Positions 37,498 through 48,183 of a DNA stretch of 64,000 nt are shown here, in pieces. Numbering within the stretch: position 1 is the first letter of the stretch; every line of letters begins with the position of its first letter. The stretch lies in the NCBI GenBank assembly GCA_965204735.1, contig OZ242008.1, positions 1,280,001 to 1,344,000 of the forward strand. Reading direction: 5' to 3'. The DNA comes from Longimicrobiales bacterium. Lineage in GTDB: Bacteria; Gemmatimonadota; Gemmatimonadetes; Longimicrobiales; Gaopeijiaceae. The notes beneath the pieces are model-generated. The model was not told where the DNA came from. It ran no database searches and was given only the letters and a program-made list of their open reading frames with translations. The translations under genes and the position numbers were made by a program.

Positions 37498-39155
37498 TGA
37501 CGACGAAAGAGCACGCGACCAGAGCCTTGGCGCTCGTGGCGGTCCTGTGGACGGCCGTCGCCTGCGCCGACCTCGCGGTCGTCAACCAGAACGACCCGGA
37601 CCGGGAACGGGCGATCTCGAGTCCGTCCGACGTGGAAGCTCTGATCTCCGGCGGCTTCCAGTCCTGGTATCGCACGGCGCACCAGTGGTACCCAGGACCG
37701 GCCCTGAGCGTCGCCGCCGACGCCCACTCGTCTTCCTGGGGCAACTTCGGCATGCGCGACTCCGGATGGGAGCCTCGCAAGGCGTACGACAACGACCCGG
37801 CCTACACCTACGACGAGGTCAACCGAGTTCCCTGGGAAAACTCCTACCGGGCGTTGGCCGCAGTCCGAGACGGCTTGCTGGCCATCGAAGGGGGAACCCG
37901 CATCGACGAGGGCGGCACGGACAACACGGACCGCGCAATCGCCTTCGGCAAGTTGATCCAGGCCCTCACCCTGGCCAACTTGGCGGCCATCTACGATCGC
38001 TCGTTCATCGTGGACGAGACGGTGGACGACGTGCTTGCGCTCGAGCTGCAAGGCTACGACCAAGTGTGGGCCGCGGCCGAGGCCAAGTTCGGCGAAGTGA
38101 TTCAGATGGCCGGCGGAGCCAGCTTCACGATCCCGTCCTCATGGGTTGGCTTCAACGGAGATTGGAGCGGCCCGTACTTGGCCGAGATCGCCCGCGCATA
38201 CCGGGCTCGCTACCGCACTCAGGTTCCTCGCAACCCAGGAGAGCGCGACGCCGTCGACTGGAGCGCCGTGCTGCGCGACGCCGAGGCTGGCATCTCGGAG
38301 GACTACGGCGGCAACTACCGGAGCAGCGCGGACTGGTCTTGGCATGGTTCCAAGCTGCATACGGCCACGTACTCGGGGTGGGCGCGCATCGACTACCGCA
38401 CCGTCGGACCGTCGGACGCCTCCGGCGAGTGGGAGACGTGGATCAACGCTTCCCACGACGACAAGAGGCCGTTCGACATCGACACCGACGACAGGCGCAT
38501 CACAGCAGGCGCCCCGGACTCGGACGGCAAGTACATCCGGTACCTGGGAAACAGCCCTTTCCCGGCCAACCGCGGGATCTACCACTACTCCAACTACCTG
38601 GACATTCGTTGGGACCACCTGCGTCAGAACCGCGCGCTGGGCGTCTACATCGACATGACCGCCAAGGAGCTCGAGTTTCTGGTCGCGGAAGCCAACTACC
38701 GCCTAGGGAACGCGGAAGCGACGATGGCCACGGTGAACAAGTACCGGACCGAGAACGGCGAGCTGCCTCCCTTCACGAGCGTGAGCGAGCGGGCGCCCGG
38801 CGGAGACCGTTGCGTGCCACAGCTCCCCGACGGATCCTGCGGAACGCTTTGGGACGCCTACAAGTACGAGAAGCGCATCGAGCTCTTCCACTACGGCTTG
38901 GGCACGGAGTACTTCGACGACCGGGGCTGGGGCGACTTGGTGACCAACACTTGGCAGCAGTTGCCGATCCCAGGCGGCGAGCTCGACATCCTCTTGATGG
39001 AGATGTACACCTTCGGCGGTCCCGGCGGCGACAGCGCGGCGCCGGACATCGTCGACGACGTGAGCCCTCGCGCTCTGCGGACCAAGCTGGCAGGGTTGCG
39101 GGCTTGGTCGAAGAGCCATGCCCAATCGATCGACGATGTGGCCCAGCGGCGCTGA
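37497..39155 (+). CDS. RagB/SusD-like surface lipoprotein
   Basis: Lipobox AVAC, N.NDPD, L..AEA.YRLG and YEKRIEL...DDRGWG. Start overlaps the receptor stop (TGATG). Confidence 0.85.
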   Translation: MTTKEHATRALALVAVLWTAVACADLAVVNQNDPDRERAISSPSDVEALISGGFQSWYRTAHQWYPGPALSVAADAHSSSWGNFGMRDSGWEPRKAYDNDPAYTYDEVNRVPWENSYRALAAVRDGLLAIEGGTRIDEGGTDNTDRAIAFGKLIQALTLANLAAIYDRSFIVDETVDDVLALELQGYDQVWAAAEAKFGEVIQMAGGASFTIPSSWVGFNGDWSGPYLAEIARAYRARYRTQVPRNPGERDAVDWSAVLRDAEAGISEDYGGNYRSSADWSWHGSKLHTATYSGWARIDYRTVGPSDASGEWETWINASHDDKRPFDIDTDDRRITAGAPDSDGKYIRYLGNSPFPANRGIYHYSNYLDIRWDHLRQNRALGVYIDMTAKELEFLVAEANYRLGNAEATMATVNKYRTENGELPPFTSVSERAPGGDRCVPQLPDGSCGTLWDAYKYEKRIELFHYGLGTEYFDDRGWGDLVTNTWQQLPIPGGELDILLMEMYTFGGPGGDSAAPDIVDDVSPRALRTKLAGLRAWSKSHAQSIDDVAQRR

Positions 39156-39162
39156 CGGTCCC

Positions 39163-39663
39163 ATGACCGGTCCGAATCGCCTCTTCTGGGCGGTCGCGGC
39201 TCTGGTGGCGGTCGCGTCGCTCGGTTGCGCCTCCGGCGGCGGGTTTCAGTCGGTGTCCGAAACTCGCTGGCGCGAGGACATGGGGCGCATGAACCTGTCC
39301 ACGCTGGAGACGGGGATGCGCAAGATCTTCGTCAAGCACGGCGTCCAGGAAGCCCGGAGGCAGACCGCGGGGCGGGAGATATACTACGAGACCCGGTGGG
39401 TGACCCGGCCCGTGCTCTCGACGGAGGAAGCCCTGGGCGCGTCCAACGCCCGCAACCGGATCGTGGTGCGCGCTCACCGACTGGAAGGCTCGATGGAGGG
39501 CGGAAGCACCTATCGCGTCACGTGGGACGTGGAGAACGAGACCACCACCGCCACCAACCCCAGCTGGCATCCGAGCCGAATCCCGGGCTCCGTCGTCGAG
39601 GACTTCCGTCCCGTCTACTCGGACTTGGCGATGGAGATCAGAACAGGGCTGAGGCGGGAGTAG
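39163..39663 (+). CDS. Hypothetical lipoprotein
   Basis: Lipobox SLGC after a hydrophobic stretch; last gene of the run before the terminator. Confidence 0.7.
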   Translation: MTGPNRLFWAVAALVAVASLGCASGGGFQSVSETRWREDMGRMNLSTLETGMRKIFVKHGVQEARRQTAGREIYYETRWVTRPVLSTEEALGASNARNRIVVRAHRLEGSMEGGSTYRVTWDVENETTTATNPSWHPSRIPGSVVEDFRPVYSDLAMEIRTGLRRE

Positions 39664-39710
39664 TTCCGCGTCGCGGCTGGCGGAGCCGAAGCTTCAGCGC
39701 TCCAGCAAGC

Positions 39711-39746
39711 AAACGGGGGTCGCCCGGGTTCGGGTGGCCCCCGTTT
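39711..39746. terminator. Bidirectional intrinsic terminator hairpin
   Basis: AAACGGGGGTCGCCCG-GGTT-CGGGTGGCCCCCGTTT: 16-bp stem with 2 G-U pairs, between convergent genes. Confidence 0.75.
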
Positions 39747-39774
39747 CCGAATCCCTTCCGCAAGATCGGAGGCT

Positions 39775-41349
39775 TCACAGCAACGTCGGCTGAAGGACGG
39801 CTTCGCGGTGCAGCTCGGGACGGCCGTCGATCAGCCGGGCGGCCGGCATCCGGCCGAGTTCGCTGGGCTCGACCTTGTGCAAGCCGCCTCCGTACACGCG
39901 CCCGCTGTTGGTCCACTCGTCCTCCATGGTGCGGCGGAGCGTGCGCCAGAGGGCTTCGCGCCCGGCGGCGCTGTTCACCGCCTTGTCGAGCAGCGGCTTC
40001 GGGTAGAGCATCAAGTAGACGTTCGTGGCAACCGCCTTGGAGTTGTTGAGGACGATTCGGAACGGCGGCCTACCTTTTTGCGAGCGACCCATGTAGGTCA
40101 CGAGAAGCGGGGCCGGGCTTCGGCGTTCTTGTGCGTACCAAGGCTCTCGTCGCGACGCGAGATAGCCTTTGTGCACGTCCGCCGCCTCGCCCAGCCTGAC
40201 GTAGGCCGCCGTCTTCGGCTCGGTGCGTTCGAGCTCGTCCGGCGGCACCCGGCAGTCGAAGAGAAGCAGGCGTCCGTCGATCTCTGGCATGCCGCCGGCG
40301 TCCGCGTTCACGACGTCCGTTTGCAGATGCCGGGGGCTGGGCAGCACGGGACGCAGGAAGCGGGGCGAGATGCCCGATTCCCGCGCCTTCTGCTCGTTCA
40401 TGACGAAGTAGCGGTTGGCGCCCGTCACAAGTCCGCGCTTGATCGCGAAGAAGTCCGCGAGGGTCGGGACGTCCGCAGGATCCGCAACCTGCGGCAGAGG
40501 CGCGGCGTCTGCGACGCCCGGAAATCGGGTCCACTTCGGCTCGCCCCGCAACGTGTCGCGGCCGATGCGCCGCCGAGCACGCGGCGACGCAACCGACCCG
40601 CCTAACGTGAACTCCGGGGCCTTGTCGGTCGGTCGGCGGTTGCGAAACCACAAGACGGCCGACGACACCATGGCGTCGTCGAACTGCACTTCCGCCGGGT
40701 CGAAGCGGTGGATGCGGATCAGCTCCACGCGGTTCAGCAGGTAGTCCTTCACCGCCGAACCGTAGTTCACGTCCATGAACTCGCTGGGCACGAGCCACGC
40801 CGACAGGGCGTTCGGCTTGAGCCAGCGGTGGCCGACCAGCATGAAGTAGACGTACAAGCCCGCAAGCCCGGAGACGCGGATGCGGAGGCTTCGCTCGACT
40901 TCCGCGGCGAGTCGCCGCTTCATGCCGAGCTTGATGTGATGGTGGCGCACGTACGGCGGGTTGCAGATCACCAGATCGACAAGGTCGTCGCGGTCGGTCG
41001 GCCGTCGCGAAGTGAAGTCGTCCAGCTCCAGGCGCAGACCTGCTGCCTCCCACAAGGCCGCCGCCGGCCGCCCGTAGTGCGGGTCGATCTCAAAGCCCCT
41101 GGCCACCCCTATCGAGCCTCTTGGAAGCACTCGGAGCAAGGCGGAGTAGAACGCGCCCGTTCCGAAGGCCGGGTCCATGAATGCGATCCTGTCGCTCGAC
41201 GCCCCCGCCAGCGCCCGTGTCGCCTCGACGACCTCCGTGGCAAGAGGGCCGGGCGTGGCAAACTGCCCGAGCGTTCTCCTGTCGCGCTGCGTCTTGAGCG
41301 CGTCCAGCCGTGCTTGGAGCAGCTCCCGCTCCGCCTCTGTTCCGTTCAT
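39775..41349 (-). CDS. N6-adenine DNA methyltransferase (gamma class, Eco57I/TaqI-like), orphan
   Basis: GQFATP, motif I DPAFGTG, motif IV CNPPY, C-terminal GRVYGGGLHKVEP.EL. Confidence 0.9.
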   Translation of the reverse strand: MNGTEAERELLQARLDALKTQRDRRTLGQFATPGPLATEVVEATRALAGASSDRIAFMDPAFGTGAFYSALLRVLPRGSIGVARGFEIDPHYGRPAAALWEAAGLRLELDDFTSRRPTDRDDLVDLVICNPPYVRHHHIKLGMKRRLAAEVERSLRIRVSGLAGLYVYFMLVGHRWLKPNALSAWLVPSEFMDVNYGSAVKDYLLNRVELIRIHRFDPAEVQFDDAMVSSAVLWFRNRRPTDKAPEFTLGGSVASPRARRRIGRDTLRGEPKWTRFPGVADAAPLPQVADPADVPTLADFFAIKRGLVTGANRYFVMNEQKARESGISPRFLRPVLPSPRHLQTDVVNADAGGMPEIDGRLLLFDCRVPPDELERTEPKTAAYVRLGEAADVHKGYLASRREPWYAQERRSPAPLLVTYMGRSQKGRPPFRIVLNNSKAVATNVYLMLYPKPLLDKAVNSAAGREALWRTLRRTMEDEWTNSGRVYGGGLHKVEPSELGRMPAARLIDGRPELHREAVLQPTLL

Positions 41350-41444
41350 CCTCTTGACGCGGGGCCACGCGCTTCGTTCTCATACGTTGCGGTCGGGGTG
41401 CGACGCCCCGCCGAACACTTGCCACTGCCACAAGGGTTCCCGTC

Positions 41445-41933
41445 ATGCGCCACACGTCCATTAGGTCCGCCGTCCCTCGCGTCCTCGCCCTCGCCCTGTT
41501 CGCCGCCGGTTGCGGAGGCGACTACGGCGACGCTCCCGCCGACGAGGCCGAGACTTCCGCCGACGCCGACGCCGAGGCTTCCGCCGCCGAGCCCGTCATG
41601 GTCGCCACGGAGTCGGGCCTTCGATACCAAGTCCTGCAGGAAGGCGACGGAGTCAGCCCCGTCTCCGGCCAGCACGTCACGGTTCACTACCGGGGCACGT
41701 TTCCCGACGGCGGGCAGTTCGACTCGTCCTACGACACGGGGGAGCCGGCCGAGTTTGCCGTGGACAGAGTAATTCCCGGCTTCTCCGAGGCGCTCAAGCT
41801 GATGAAGGTCGGCGGACGCCTGCGGGCTCATGTCCCTAGCGAGCTGGGATACGGCGAGCAAGGCGCCGCCGGCGCCTCCATCGGCCCCAACCAGGATCTG
41901 ATCTTCGAGATCGAGCTGCTGGCCGTGCGGTAG
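41445..41933 (+). CDS. FKBP-type peptidyl-prolyl isomerase (lipoprotein)
   Basis: Lipobox AAGC; TESGLRY, VHYRG..FDSSY, VIPGFSEAL, LGYG and LIFEIELL. Confidence 0.95.
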   Translation: MRHTSIRSAVPRVLALALFAAGCGGDYGDAPADEAETSADADAEASAAEPVMVATESGLRYQVLQEGDGVSPVSGQHVTVHYRGTFPDGGQFDSSYDTGEPAEFAVDRVIPGFSEALKLMKVGGRLRAHVPSELGYGEQGAAGASIGPNQDLIFEIELLAVR

Positions 41934-41961
41934 CTGGTTCGGCGCGGCTGCGTCGCGCTTC

Positions 41962-42429
41962 TCAAGAGGGCGCCGGGGCCTCTGCCGTCTGGTCGGGCGC
42001 TCGGCCGTCGTCCATGTGCAGGACCTCCCAGATGTGTCCGTCCGGGTCCAGGAAGGCGCGGCCGTACATCCAGCCGAACTCCATCGGTTCGCGATACGCC
42101 GCGCCGCCGGCGGAGGCGGCCTTGTCGGCTATGGCGTCCACCTCCGCGCGGCTCTTCGCGGACAGGGCGACGACGACCTCCGCGGAACGCGCCGTGTCGG
42201 CGATCTCCCTGCCCGGAACGAAGCCGGCGAAGTACTCCTCCGTCGCCAGCATCGCGTACTTGCCTTCGCCCAGCACGACGCAGGCGGCCCGTTCGTCGCT
42301 GAACCGGGGTTCTGTCCGAAAGCCCAGCGCTCCGAAGAACGCCAGGGACCGCGACAGGTCCTTCACCGGCAGGCTGACGAAGACGTGGTTCGCGGCGTTC
42401 CCAACTCGGACCGGCTGCTCGGGACCCAT
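41962..42429 (-). CDS. VOC/glyoxalase family protein
   Basis: LPVKDLSRS..FF.ALGF and MYGRAFLDPDGHIWE. Confidence 0.9.
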   Translation of the reverse strand: MGPEQPVRVGNAANHVFVSLPVKDLSRSLAFFGALGFRTEPRFSDERAACVVLGEGKYAMLATEEYFAGFVPGREIADTARSAEVVVALSAKSRAEVDAIADKAASAGGAAYREPMEFGWMYGRAFLDPDGHIWEVLHMDDGRAPDQTAEAPAPS

Positions 42430-42441
42430 CGCTTCCTAGCC

Positions 42442-43881
42442 CTAGCCTTGCCCGCGCCGGCGGCGTTCGCCTCGTCGCCGGACGGGGTCCCGTCCCGCCG
42501 CCCAGTAGAGGGCCGCGCCCGCCGCCACCAGCGCCGCGGCCGCCCACGCCTCTTCGGGTCGAGTGCGCAGCAGGAAGACCAGGGTCCACATCGTCAGGCC
42601 GATGTAGACGAGGGGCGTGACGGGAAACCCCCACGCGCGGTACGGGCGCTCGAGATCTGGCTCCCGGAGGCGCAGGACGAAGACGCCGGCGACGGCCGCC
42701 AAGCTGTTCAGCGCCAGGACGAACCCGGAGAACACCAGCACGGCCTCGAAGGACGCGGTGACCACCAAGAGAAGGGCGAGGCCGGCCTGCACCAGCACGG
42801 CGGTGGCGGGAATGCCGTGACGGTTCGCGCGGGCCAGAGGACGAAAGAAGCGGTGGTCGGCGCCGATTGCGTAGAGGACGCGGGGGCCGGCCATGATCAT
42901 GGCGCTCACGGTGGAGATCAGGAGCAGGGCCAGGACCACGCCCATGACGGCGGCGCCGGCGGATCCGAAGATGTGGGTCGCGGCCACGTAGCCGACTTCG
43001 ACCTTGCCCTCCATCTCGGACATGGGCGCGGCTCGGAGGAAGACGTAGTTGAGGGCGGTGTAGAGAAGCGCGACCAGGAGCGTGCCGCCCGCCAGCGCTC
43101 GGGGCAGAATGCGCTGGGGGTTCCGAAGCTCGCCCGAGAGGTAGGTGGCGGCGTTCCACCCCGTGTAGGCGTACGACACGTAGACGAGGGAAACGGCGAA
43201 CGGGCCGCCGAAGACGAGCCGCCAGTCTCCAGGAGCCGGAAGCAGCGAAACGGGCTGGGGGTCCGGGGCCAGGGCGACCCCGGTCGCGCAGAAGGCCGCG
43301 ATCAGGACCACCTTGACGGTGGTGAACGAGCGCTGGAAGAGGCTGGAGCTGCGGTAGGTGGTGGCGTGGACGCACGCCAAGACCGTCACCAGTCCGCCTC
43401 CCAGCCACGTCGGCGAGAGAGCAGGGAACACCGAGGCCAGGTAGGCGCCGAAGGTGATGGCGGCCAGGGCGGTGGGGGCGGCGAATCCGACCGTGGCGGA
43501 CACCCAGCCCGACACGAACCCCGCCGCTGGATGGTAGACCCGCGACAGGAAGGCGTACTCGCCGCCGGAACGGGGGATTGCGGCTCCCAGCTCGGCGTAG
43601 GAGACGGCGCCGCAGAACGCGGCTGCGCCCCCCACGACCCACAGCATGAGAAGGGGGAAGGTGGACTGGATCTCCACCAGCTGGAACCCCAGGCTCGTGA
43701 AGACGCCGGTGCCGATCATGCTCGCCACCACCACCGACCCGGCGGCATGGAGGCCGTACCCGCGGGGCGGCGCGCCGGCGGCGGGGTCGGCGACGCGCCC
43801 GGCGGCGAGGTCGGCGGCGGAGTCGGCGTGGACGGGACGCTTGCCGGGCGCGGACGAGGCCGCGGGCGCCGCGTCCCTCAT
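42442..43881 (-). CDS. APC family amino acid permease
   Basis: MIGTGVF, YAELG..PRSGGEY, YAYTGWN, GPRV and RPYRAWGFP. Confidence 0.92.
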   Translation of the reverse strand: MRDAAPAASSAPGKRPVHADSAADLAAGRVADPAAGAPPRGYGLHAAGSVVVASMIGTGVFTSLGFQLVEIQSTFPLLMLWVVGGAAAFCGAVSYAELGAAIPRSGGEYAFLSRVYHPAAGFVSGWVSATVGFAAPTALAAITFGAYLASVFPALSPTWLGGGLVTVLACVHATTYRSSSLFQRSFTTVKVVLIAAFCATGVALAPDPQPVSLLPAPGDWRLVFGGPFAVSLVYVSYAYTGWNAATYLSGELRNPQRILPRALAGGTLLVALLYTALNYVFLRAAPMSEMEGKVEVGYVAATHIFGSAGAAVMGVVLALLLISTVSAMIMAGPRVLYAIGADHRFFRPLARANRHGIPATAVLVQAGLALLLVVTASFEAVLVFSGFVLALNSLAAVAGVFVLRLREPDLERPYRAWGFPVTPLVYIGLTMWTLVFLLRTRPEEAWAAAALVAAGAALYWAAGRDPVRRRGERRRRGQG

Positions 43882-43904
43882 GACGGCGCCGGGCCCTTCG
43901 TGTC

Positions 43905-44630
43905 ATGTTGCAGGCCATGAAGACCAGCCCGAGCGTGCCGACTCGACGGCGTGGCGCGAGGCGCCTGCCGGTCGTGGGGGTCATGGGGTCGGGGGTCCGG
44001 GCGCACGCGGAGTTGGCGGCGCCGCTTGGCCGCGGCCTTGCCGAAATGGGCGTGCACCTTCTGACGGGCGGCGGGGGCGGCGTGATGGCCGCCGTGTCGA
44101 GAGCATTCGCGGAGGTGGAGGACCGGGCGGGGCTGGCGCTCGGCGTGTTGCCGGCCGACGGGTTCCAGCGGACCAAGGGGCGCGCCGGACGTGCAGGGGG
44201 CGCCGAATCCGGGGACGCCGAATCCGAGCCGGCCCAGTGGGAACCGCCGCCGGGCTACCCCAACCCGTGGGTCGAGGTGGCCGTCAGGACCCACTTGGAC
44301 GCCAGAGGCGCCGCGGGGGACTCCGCTTCTTCCAGAAACCACGTCAACGTCCTCTCCTCGGACGTGGTGGTGGCACTTCCCGGCGGCCAGGGCACGGCCT
44401 CGGAGGTTGCGCTGGCCCTGCGATACGGGCGGCCGCTGGTCCTGCTGGGCGACGTCGCGCGGGCGTCGGCGCTGGGTCGGGCGCAGGGAGTGGCGTCCGC
44501 CCCCGGTCCCGCGTCGCCCCACTTCCTGCGCAGCGCGGCATCCCAGGCGTGGGCAACCGAGAGCCCCGCCGAAGCCCTGGCCCTCGTTCGGCGGACGCTG
44601 GGTGCGGAGCGGGCGCTGGACCAGGACTAG
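43905..44630 (+). CDS. SLOG/LOG family Rossmann-fold protein (TIGR00725-like)
   Basis: VGVMGSG, LTGGGGGVM and SRNHVNVLSSDVVVALPGGQGTASE. Confidence 0.85.
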   Translation: MLQAMKTSPSVPTRRRGARRLPVVGVMGSGVRAHAELAAPLGRGLAEMGVHLLTGGGGGVMAAVSRAFAEVEDRAGLALGVLPADGFQRTKGRAGRAGGAESGDAESEPAQWEPPPGYPNPWVEVAVRTHLDARGAAGDSASSRNHVNVLSSDVVVALPGGQGTASEVALALRYGRPLVLLGDVARASALGRAQGVASAPGPASPHFLRSAASQAWATESPAEALALVRRTLGAERALDQD

Positions 44631-44655
44631 CCCGCGGCGACCGGTTGCCGGGAAA

Positions 44656-44695
44656 GAATCATGATCGTCCTCCGAAGGAATCATGATCGTCCTCC
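44656..44695. repeat. 18-bp direct repeat overlapping a stop codon
   Basis: GAATCATGATCGTCCTCC at 44656-44673 and 44678-44695. Confidence 0.9.
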
Positions 44696-46000
44696 TGCGA
44701 AGTGCATGTACAAGTTCGACAGAATCCGCCCGCACAGAAAGGAAAGCGCGGCCGCCGTCACGCCGGGCAGATCCAGCCCCCAGCCCACGGTGGCGAAGAC
44801 GGTGGCCACGCCGGCCACTTCCAACGCCGTCGCCACGGTAATCCGGGCGGTGCGCCGGGCCAGGACCAGTCGGGCGCGCTGGTAGGAAAGCCAGACGGCC
44901 AAGGCGGGCATCGGAGCCAAGATGATCGCGGGCGCCCGGGCGTAGGCGGCAAGCTCGGGGGTCAGGCCGGACACGGTCTCGAACCAGACGCCGAAGAGCG
45001 GCGTGAAGGCCACCAGAGCCAAGCCCGCCGACGAAGCTGCCGCCAGCCCGACGCCGAAGCGGCCGACCGTAGGGCGGTTGCGCCGATCGTCTTCCAGGAG
45101 CGCGATGGCGGCTTCCTGGTAGCTGATCCCCAACGCGCGAAAGAGAAACGAGAGGGCGTGGACCACGGGAAAGACGGCCAGCGACTCCAAGGGTGCCTGG
45201 GCCCGACCCATGAAGAAGGTGAGCATGGGCTGGGCCGCCAGCCCGATCAGCGACGTGAGCGCCAGGGGAAAGTAGAAGCGCAGAATCCACCCGTAGCTTG
45301 GGGCCGGAGCCCCGTCGGAGCCCGACCGAGTCAGAAGTCGGCGGACCGAGTCGACGGCCAGGCAACGCGCGACCACGGCCTCCGCGCACACGCCGATCGT
45401 CAAGCTGGCCGCTCCCACCCACGCCCCCGGCAAGTCGGACCAGGCACTGAGCAGCAGGCCCGCCAGCGCAACCGTGGAAAGGCGGAAGACGGTGCCCGCG
45501 GCGACTTGGCGCGTCTTGCCGGAGCGGATCATCAGCCCGTGAAGGAACCGGCGGTAGCCGATCGCGGCAGCCCACGGCAGGTAGATCCACAAACAGCCGT
45601 AGGTCAGGGAGGCCACTTCCTCGGGCAGCCTCAGGACGCCGAAGGCGACGAAGTCGAAGGTCCGTGGGATCAGGAGTATGCACAGCAGGACCGTCGCGAA
45701 GGCGCTGACCCCTCGGCTGAACATCCGCAGGCGTCGAAAGCTTGCGCTGTCCCGCACTAGAGCCGTGGAGGCGCTCATGAGCATCATCACCGGGGCCTCG
45801 ACCACGATCGCGATCGCGAACGCGACCCCATGGGCCGCCAAGTTGATCTTGGGGTCCGGCAGGCGGGCGATGGCGGCGGCCACGAACGGGCCCTCCATCG
45901 CCATCATGACCCAGGTGGCGGCCAACGGCGACCAGAACCGGGCGATTCGCCCGGGACCAAGCGGCGCCGCGGCGGAGGTCTCGGCCGAGGTGGTGGTCAT
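44681..46000 (-). CDS. MATE/ANKH-like (MOP superfamily) membrane protein
   Basis: FWSPLAATW.MM..EGP..AA.IARLPDP..NLAA and an internal second half FYFPLALTS; about 12 TM helices. Confidence 0.75.
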   Translation of the reverse strand: MTTTSAETSAAAPLGPGRIARFWSPLAATWVMMAMEGPFVAAAIARLPDPKINLAAHGVAFAIAIVVEAPVMMLMSASTALVRDSASFRRLRMFSRGVSAFATVLLCILLIPRTFDFVAFGVLRLPEEVASLTYGCLWIYLPWAAAIGYRRFLHGLMIRSGKTRQVAAGTVFRLSTVALAGLLLSAWSDLPGAWVGAASLTIGVCAEAVVARCLAVDSVRRLLTRSGSDGAPAPSYGWILRFYFPLALTSLIGLAAQPMLTFFMGRAQAPLESLAVFPVVHALSFLFRALGISYQEAAIALLEDDRRNRPTVGRFGVGLAAASSAGLALVAFTPLFGVWFETVSGLTPELAAYARAPAIILAPMPALAVWLSYQRARLVLARRTARITVATALEVAGVATVFATVGWGLDLPGVTAAALSFLCGRILSNLYMHFAGGRS

Positions 46001-46102
46001 CTCCCGCCTTCGTCGTCGGTAGCTTGGGGGGCGGCCGCTTGGTCGCGTACCTTGGCCGCGAAAGGTCGCCAACACCGCCAACGCCTGGAACCCGCGTCCG
46101 CC

Positions 46103-47146
46103 ATGTCCCGCGATCCCCTCGACTGCTTCACGAGCGACGTCCCCTGGGGCCGCCGACGTCCTCGGGGATGGGCCGGCCTCTGGCTGCGGGTCGCCCGTCG
46201 GCTTCCGGCGAGCTGGCCGTGGAGCCGGTTCGCCCTCCTGGCCCGGCGCGCAGCCAGAGCGCGAATGAACGGCCCCGTCGACGTCCGCGCGTGGGGGTTC
46301 AAGCTGCGGCTGAAGCCCCGAGGGTCGGTGTCGGAGGCACGGGTGCTCTTCCTGCCCCGCTCCTGGGACCGTCGGGAACGGCGCGCGCTGGCGCCGCTGC
46401 TGGGACCCGGCTCGGTGTTCGTCGACGTGGGCGCAAACGCGGGAGGGTACGCCTTCTGGGCGGCGTCGCTGTGCGGCAAGACGGGACGAGTGCTCGCCTT
46501 CGAGCCGGACCCGGCGCTGGCGCGGCAGCTCCGCTGGAACGTGGCGGCGAACGCGGCGGAGGACCGCATTTCGGTGGTGGAGGCGGCGGTCGCCGCAAGC
46601 TCCGGCAGGGGAACGCTGCTGTCGGGCGGCCGCAACTCGGGCGAGAACCGCTTGGCCGAAGGCGACGCCGAGGAAGGGACGTTGGTTCGCGTCGCGACGC
46701 TGGCCGACGCGGTTCGCGAGGCCGGGCTGGAGCGGATCGACTGCCTGAAGGTGGACGTGGAGGGCCGGGAAGCCGACGTCCTCAAGCCGTTCTTCGCGAC
46801 CGCGCCCGCCCGCCTTCGACCTCGGGTGCTGCTTGTGGAAGTGGACGGACCGCGAGCGAGCGCAGGGGCGGCGAAGTCGGGAGACCGACCGGCGAGCAGC
46901 TCCGACCTGGAGCGCTGGATTGCCGCTCAAGGCTACCGACTGGTTCTGCGCACCGGGCTCAACGGATTGTTCAGGCGGGAAGGAGCAGCCTTGCTTCGCG
47001 CCCACGGCAAGGGTAGCGTGGAGTCGCGCCGACCTGGCAAGGAGGCAGCGCGCGCGGCGACGGAGGCGCCAAGTCGCCGCAAGCAGCTCCGTGTCGAAGA
47101 CCGAGAGGAGACGCCGTTGAGCGAGCGTTGCGGGGCCGGCGCGTGA
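46103..47146 (+). CDS. FkbM family SAM-dependent methyltransferase
   Basis: [17 protein letters not shown] and LKVDVEGRE. Confidence 0.9.
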   Translation: MSRDPLDCFTSDVPWGRRRPRGWAGLWLRVARRLPASWPWSRFALLARRAARARMNGPVDVRAWGFKLRLKPRGSVSEARVLFLPRSWDRRERRALAPLLGPGSVFVDVGANAGGYAFWAASLCGKTGRVLAFEPDPALARQLRWNVAANAAEDRISVVEAAVAASSGRGTLLSGGRNSGENRLAEGDAEEGTLVRVATLADAVREAGLERIDCLKVDVEGREADVLKPFFATAPARLRPRVLLVEVDGPRASAGAAKSGDRPASSSDLERWIAAQGYRLVLRTGLNGLFRREGAALLRAHGKGSVESRRPGKEAARAATEAPSRRKQLRVEDREETPLSERCGAGA

Positions 47147-48183
47147 TCGACCTGCGCAGCGACACCGTCACCCGACCCAGTCCGGAAATGCGGGAAGCGA
47201 TGGCTCGGGCGCCCGTCGGCGACGACGTGTACGGGGACGACCCGACGGTCCGCCGCCTCGAGGAGGCCACGGCGGCGGTGCTGGGCAAGGACGACGCCGT
47301 CTACGTTCCCACCGGATCGATGGCCAACCAAGTGGCGCTCCGCGCCCACACGGAATCCGGGGACCGAGTGCTCATGGACGGCGGCGCTCATGTGGTGCGC
47401 TCCGAAGGCGGCGCCCCGGCGGCGCTCTCGGGTCTCACTGCCCACAGGATCGCGGGCGACCGGGGTATCTTCGACGCGGAACAGGTCCGGGAGGCGCTGG
47501 GGACGCCCCACGCCGGATCGCCGTCCACCCTGACGCCGCCGGCCACGCTGCTCTGCGTGGAGAACACCCACAACGGCGGCGGCGGAAGCATCTGGCCCCT
47601 CGCCCAGCTGGACGAGGTGGCCGAGACCGCTCGCTCCGCAGGGCTGCGCTGCCACATGGACGGCGCCAGAGTGTGGAACGCCTCTGCTGCCAGCGGCGTG
47701 TCGGAGGCCCGGTACGCCCGATCGTTCGACTCCGTGTCGGTGTGCTTCTCGAAGGGCCTGGGAGCGCCCGTGGGCTCGGCCTTGGCCGGAACGGCGGCCT
47801 TCGTGGCGCGGGCGCGACGCTTCAAGCAGCTCTTCGGGGGCGGCTTCCGGCAGGCCGGCATCGTCGCCGCCGGGGCCCTTCACGCACTGGAGCATCATCG
47901 GCCCGACTTGGCCCACGACCACGCCAAGGCGAGGGCGCTGGCGGACGCCCTCGCGTCTCTGCCGGGAGTCGAAGTGGTGGGGAAGCCCGTAGAGACCAAC
48001 ATCCTGCGCTTCACGCTCCCGGGGAGCGCTCCCGAGTTCGTGGACGCCTGCATCGAACGAGGCGTGGCGATGCTGGTTGCCGGTGCCCGCCACGTTCGGG
48101 CGGTGGTCCACCGGGACGTTTCCCTGGACGACGCGATGCGCGCGGCCGAAGTCGCGGCGGGCGTCTTGCAAGAACAGGCGTGA
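47143..48183 (+). CDS. ltaE: Low-specificity L-threonine aldolase
   Basis: [43 protein letters not shown] and GGG.RQAG. Confidence 0.93.
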   Translation: MIDLRSDTVTRPSPEMREAMARAPVGDDVYGDDPTVRRLEEATAAVLGKDDAVYVPTGSMANQVALRAHTESGDRVLMDGGAHVVRSEGGAPAALSGLTAHRIAGDRGIFDAEQVREALGTPHAGSPSTLTPPATLLCVENTHNGGGGSIWPLAQLDEVAETARSAGLRCHMDGARVWNASAASGVSEARYARSFDSVSVCFSKGLGAPVGSALAGTAAFVARARRFKQLFGGGFRQAGIVAAGALHALEHHRPDLAHDHAKARALADALASLPGVEVVGKPVETNILRFTLPGSAPEFVDACIERGVAMLVAGARHVRAVVHRDVSLDDAMRAAEVAAGVLQEQA

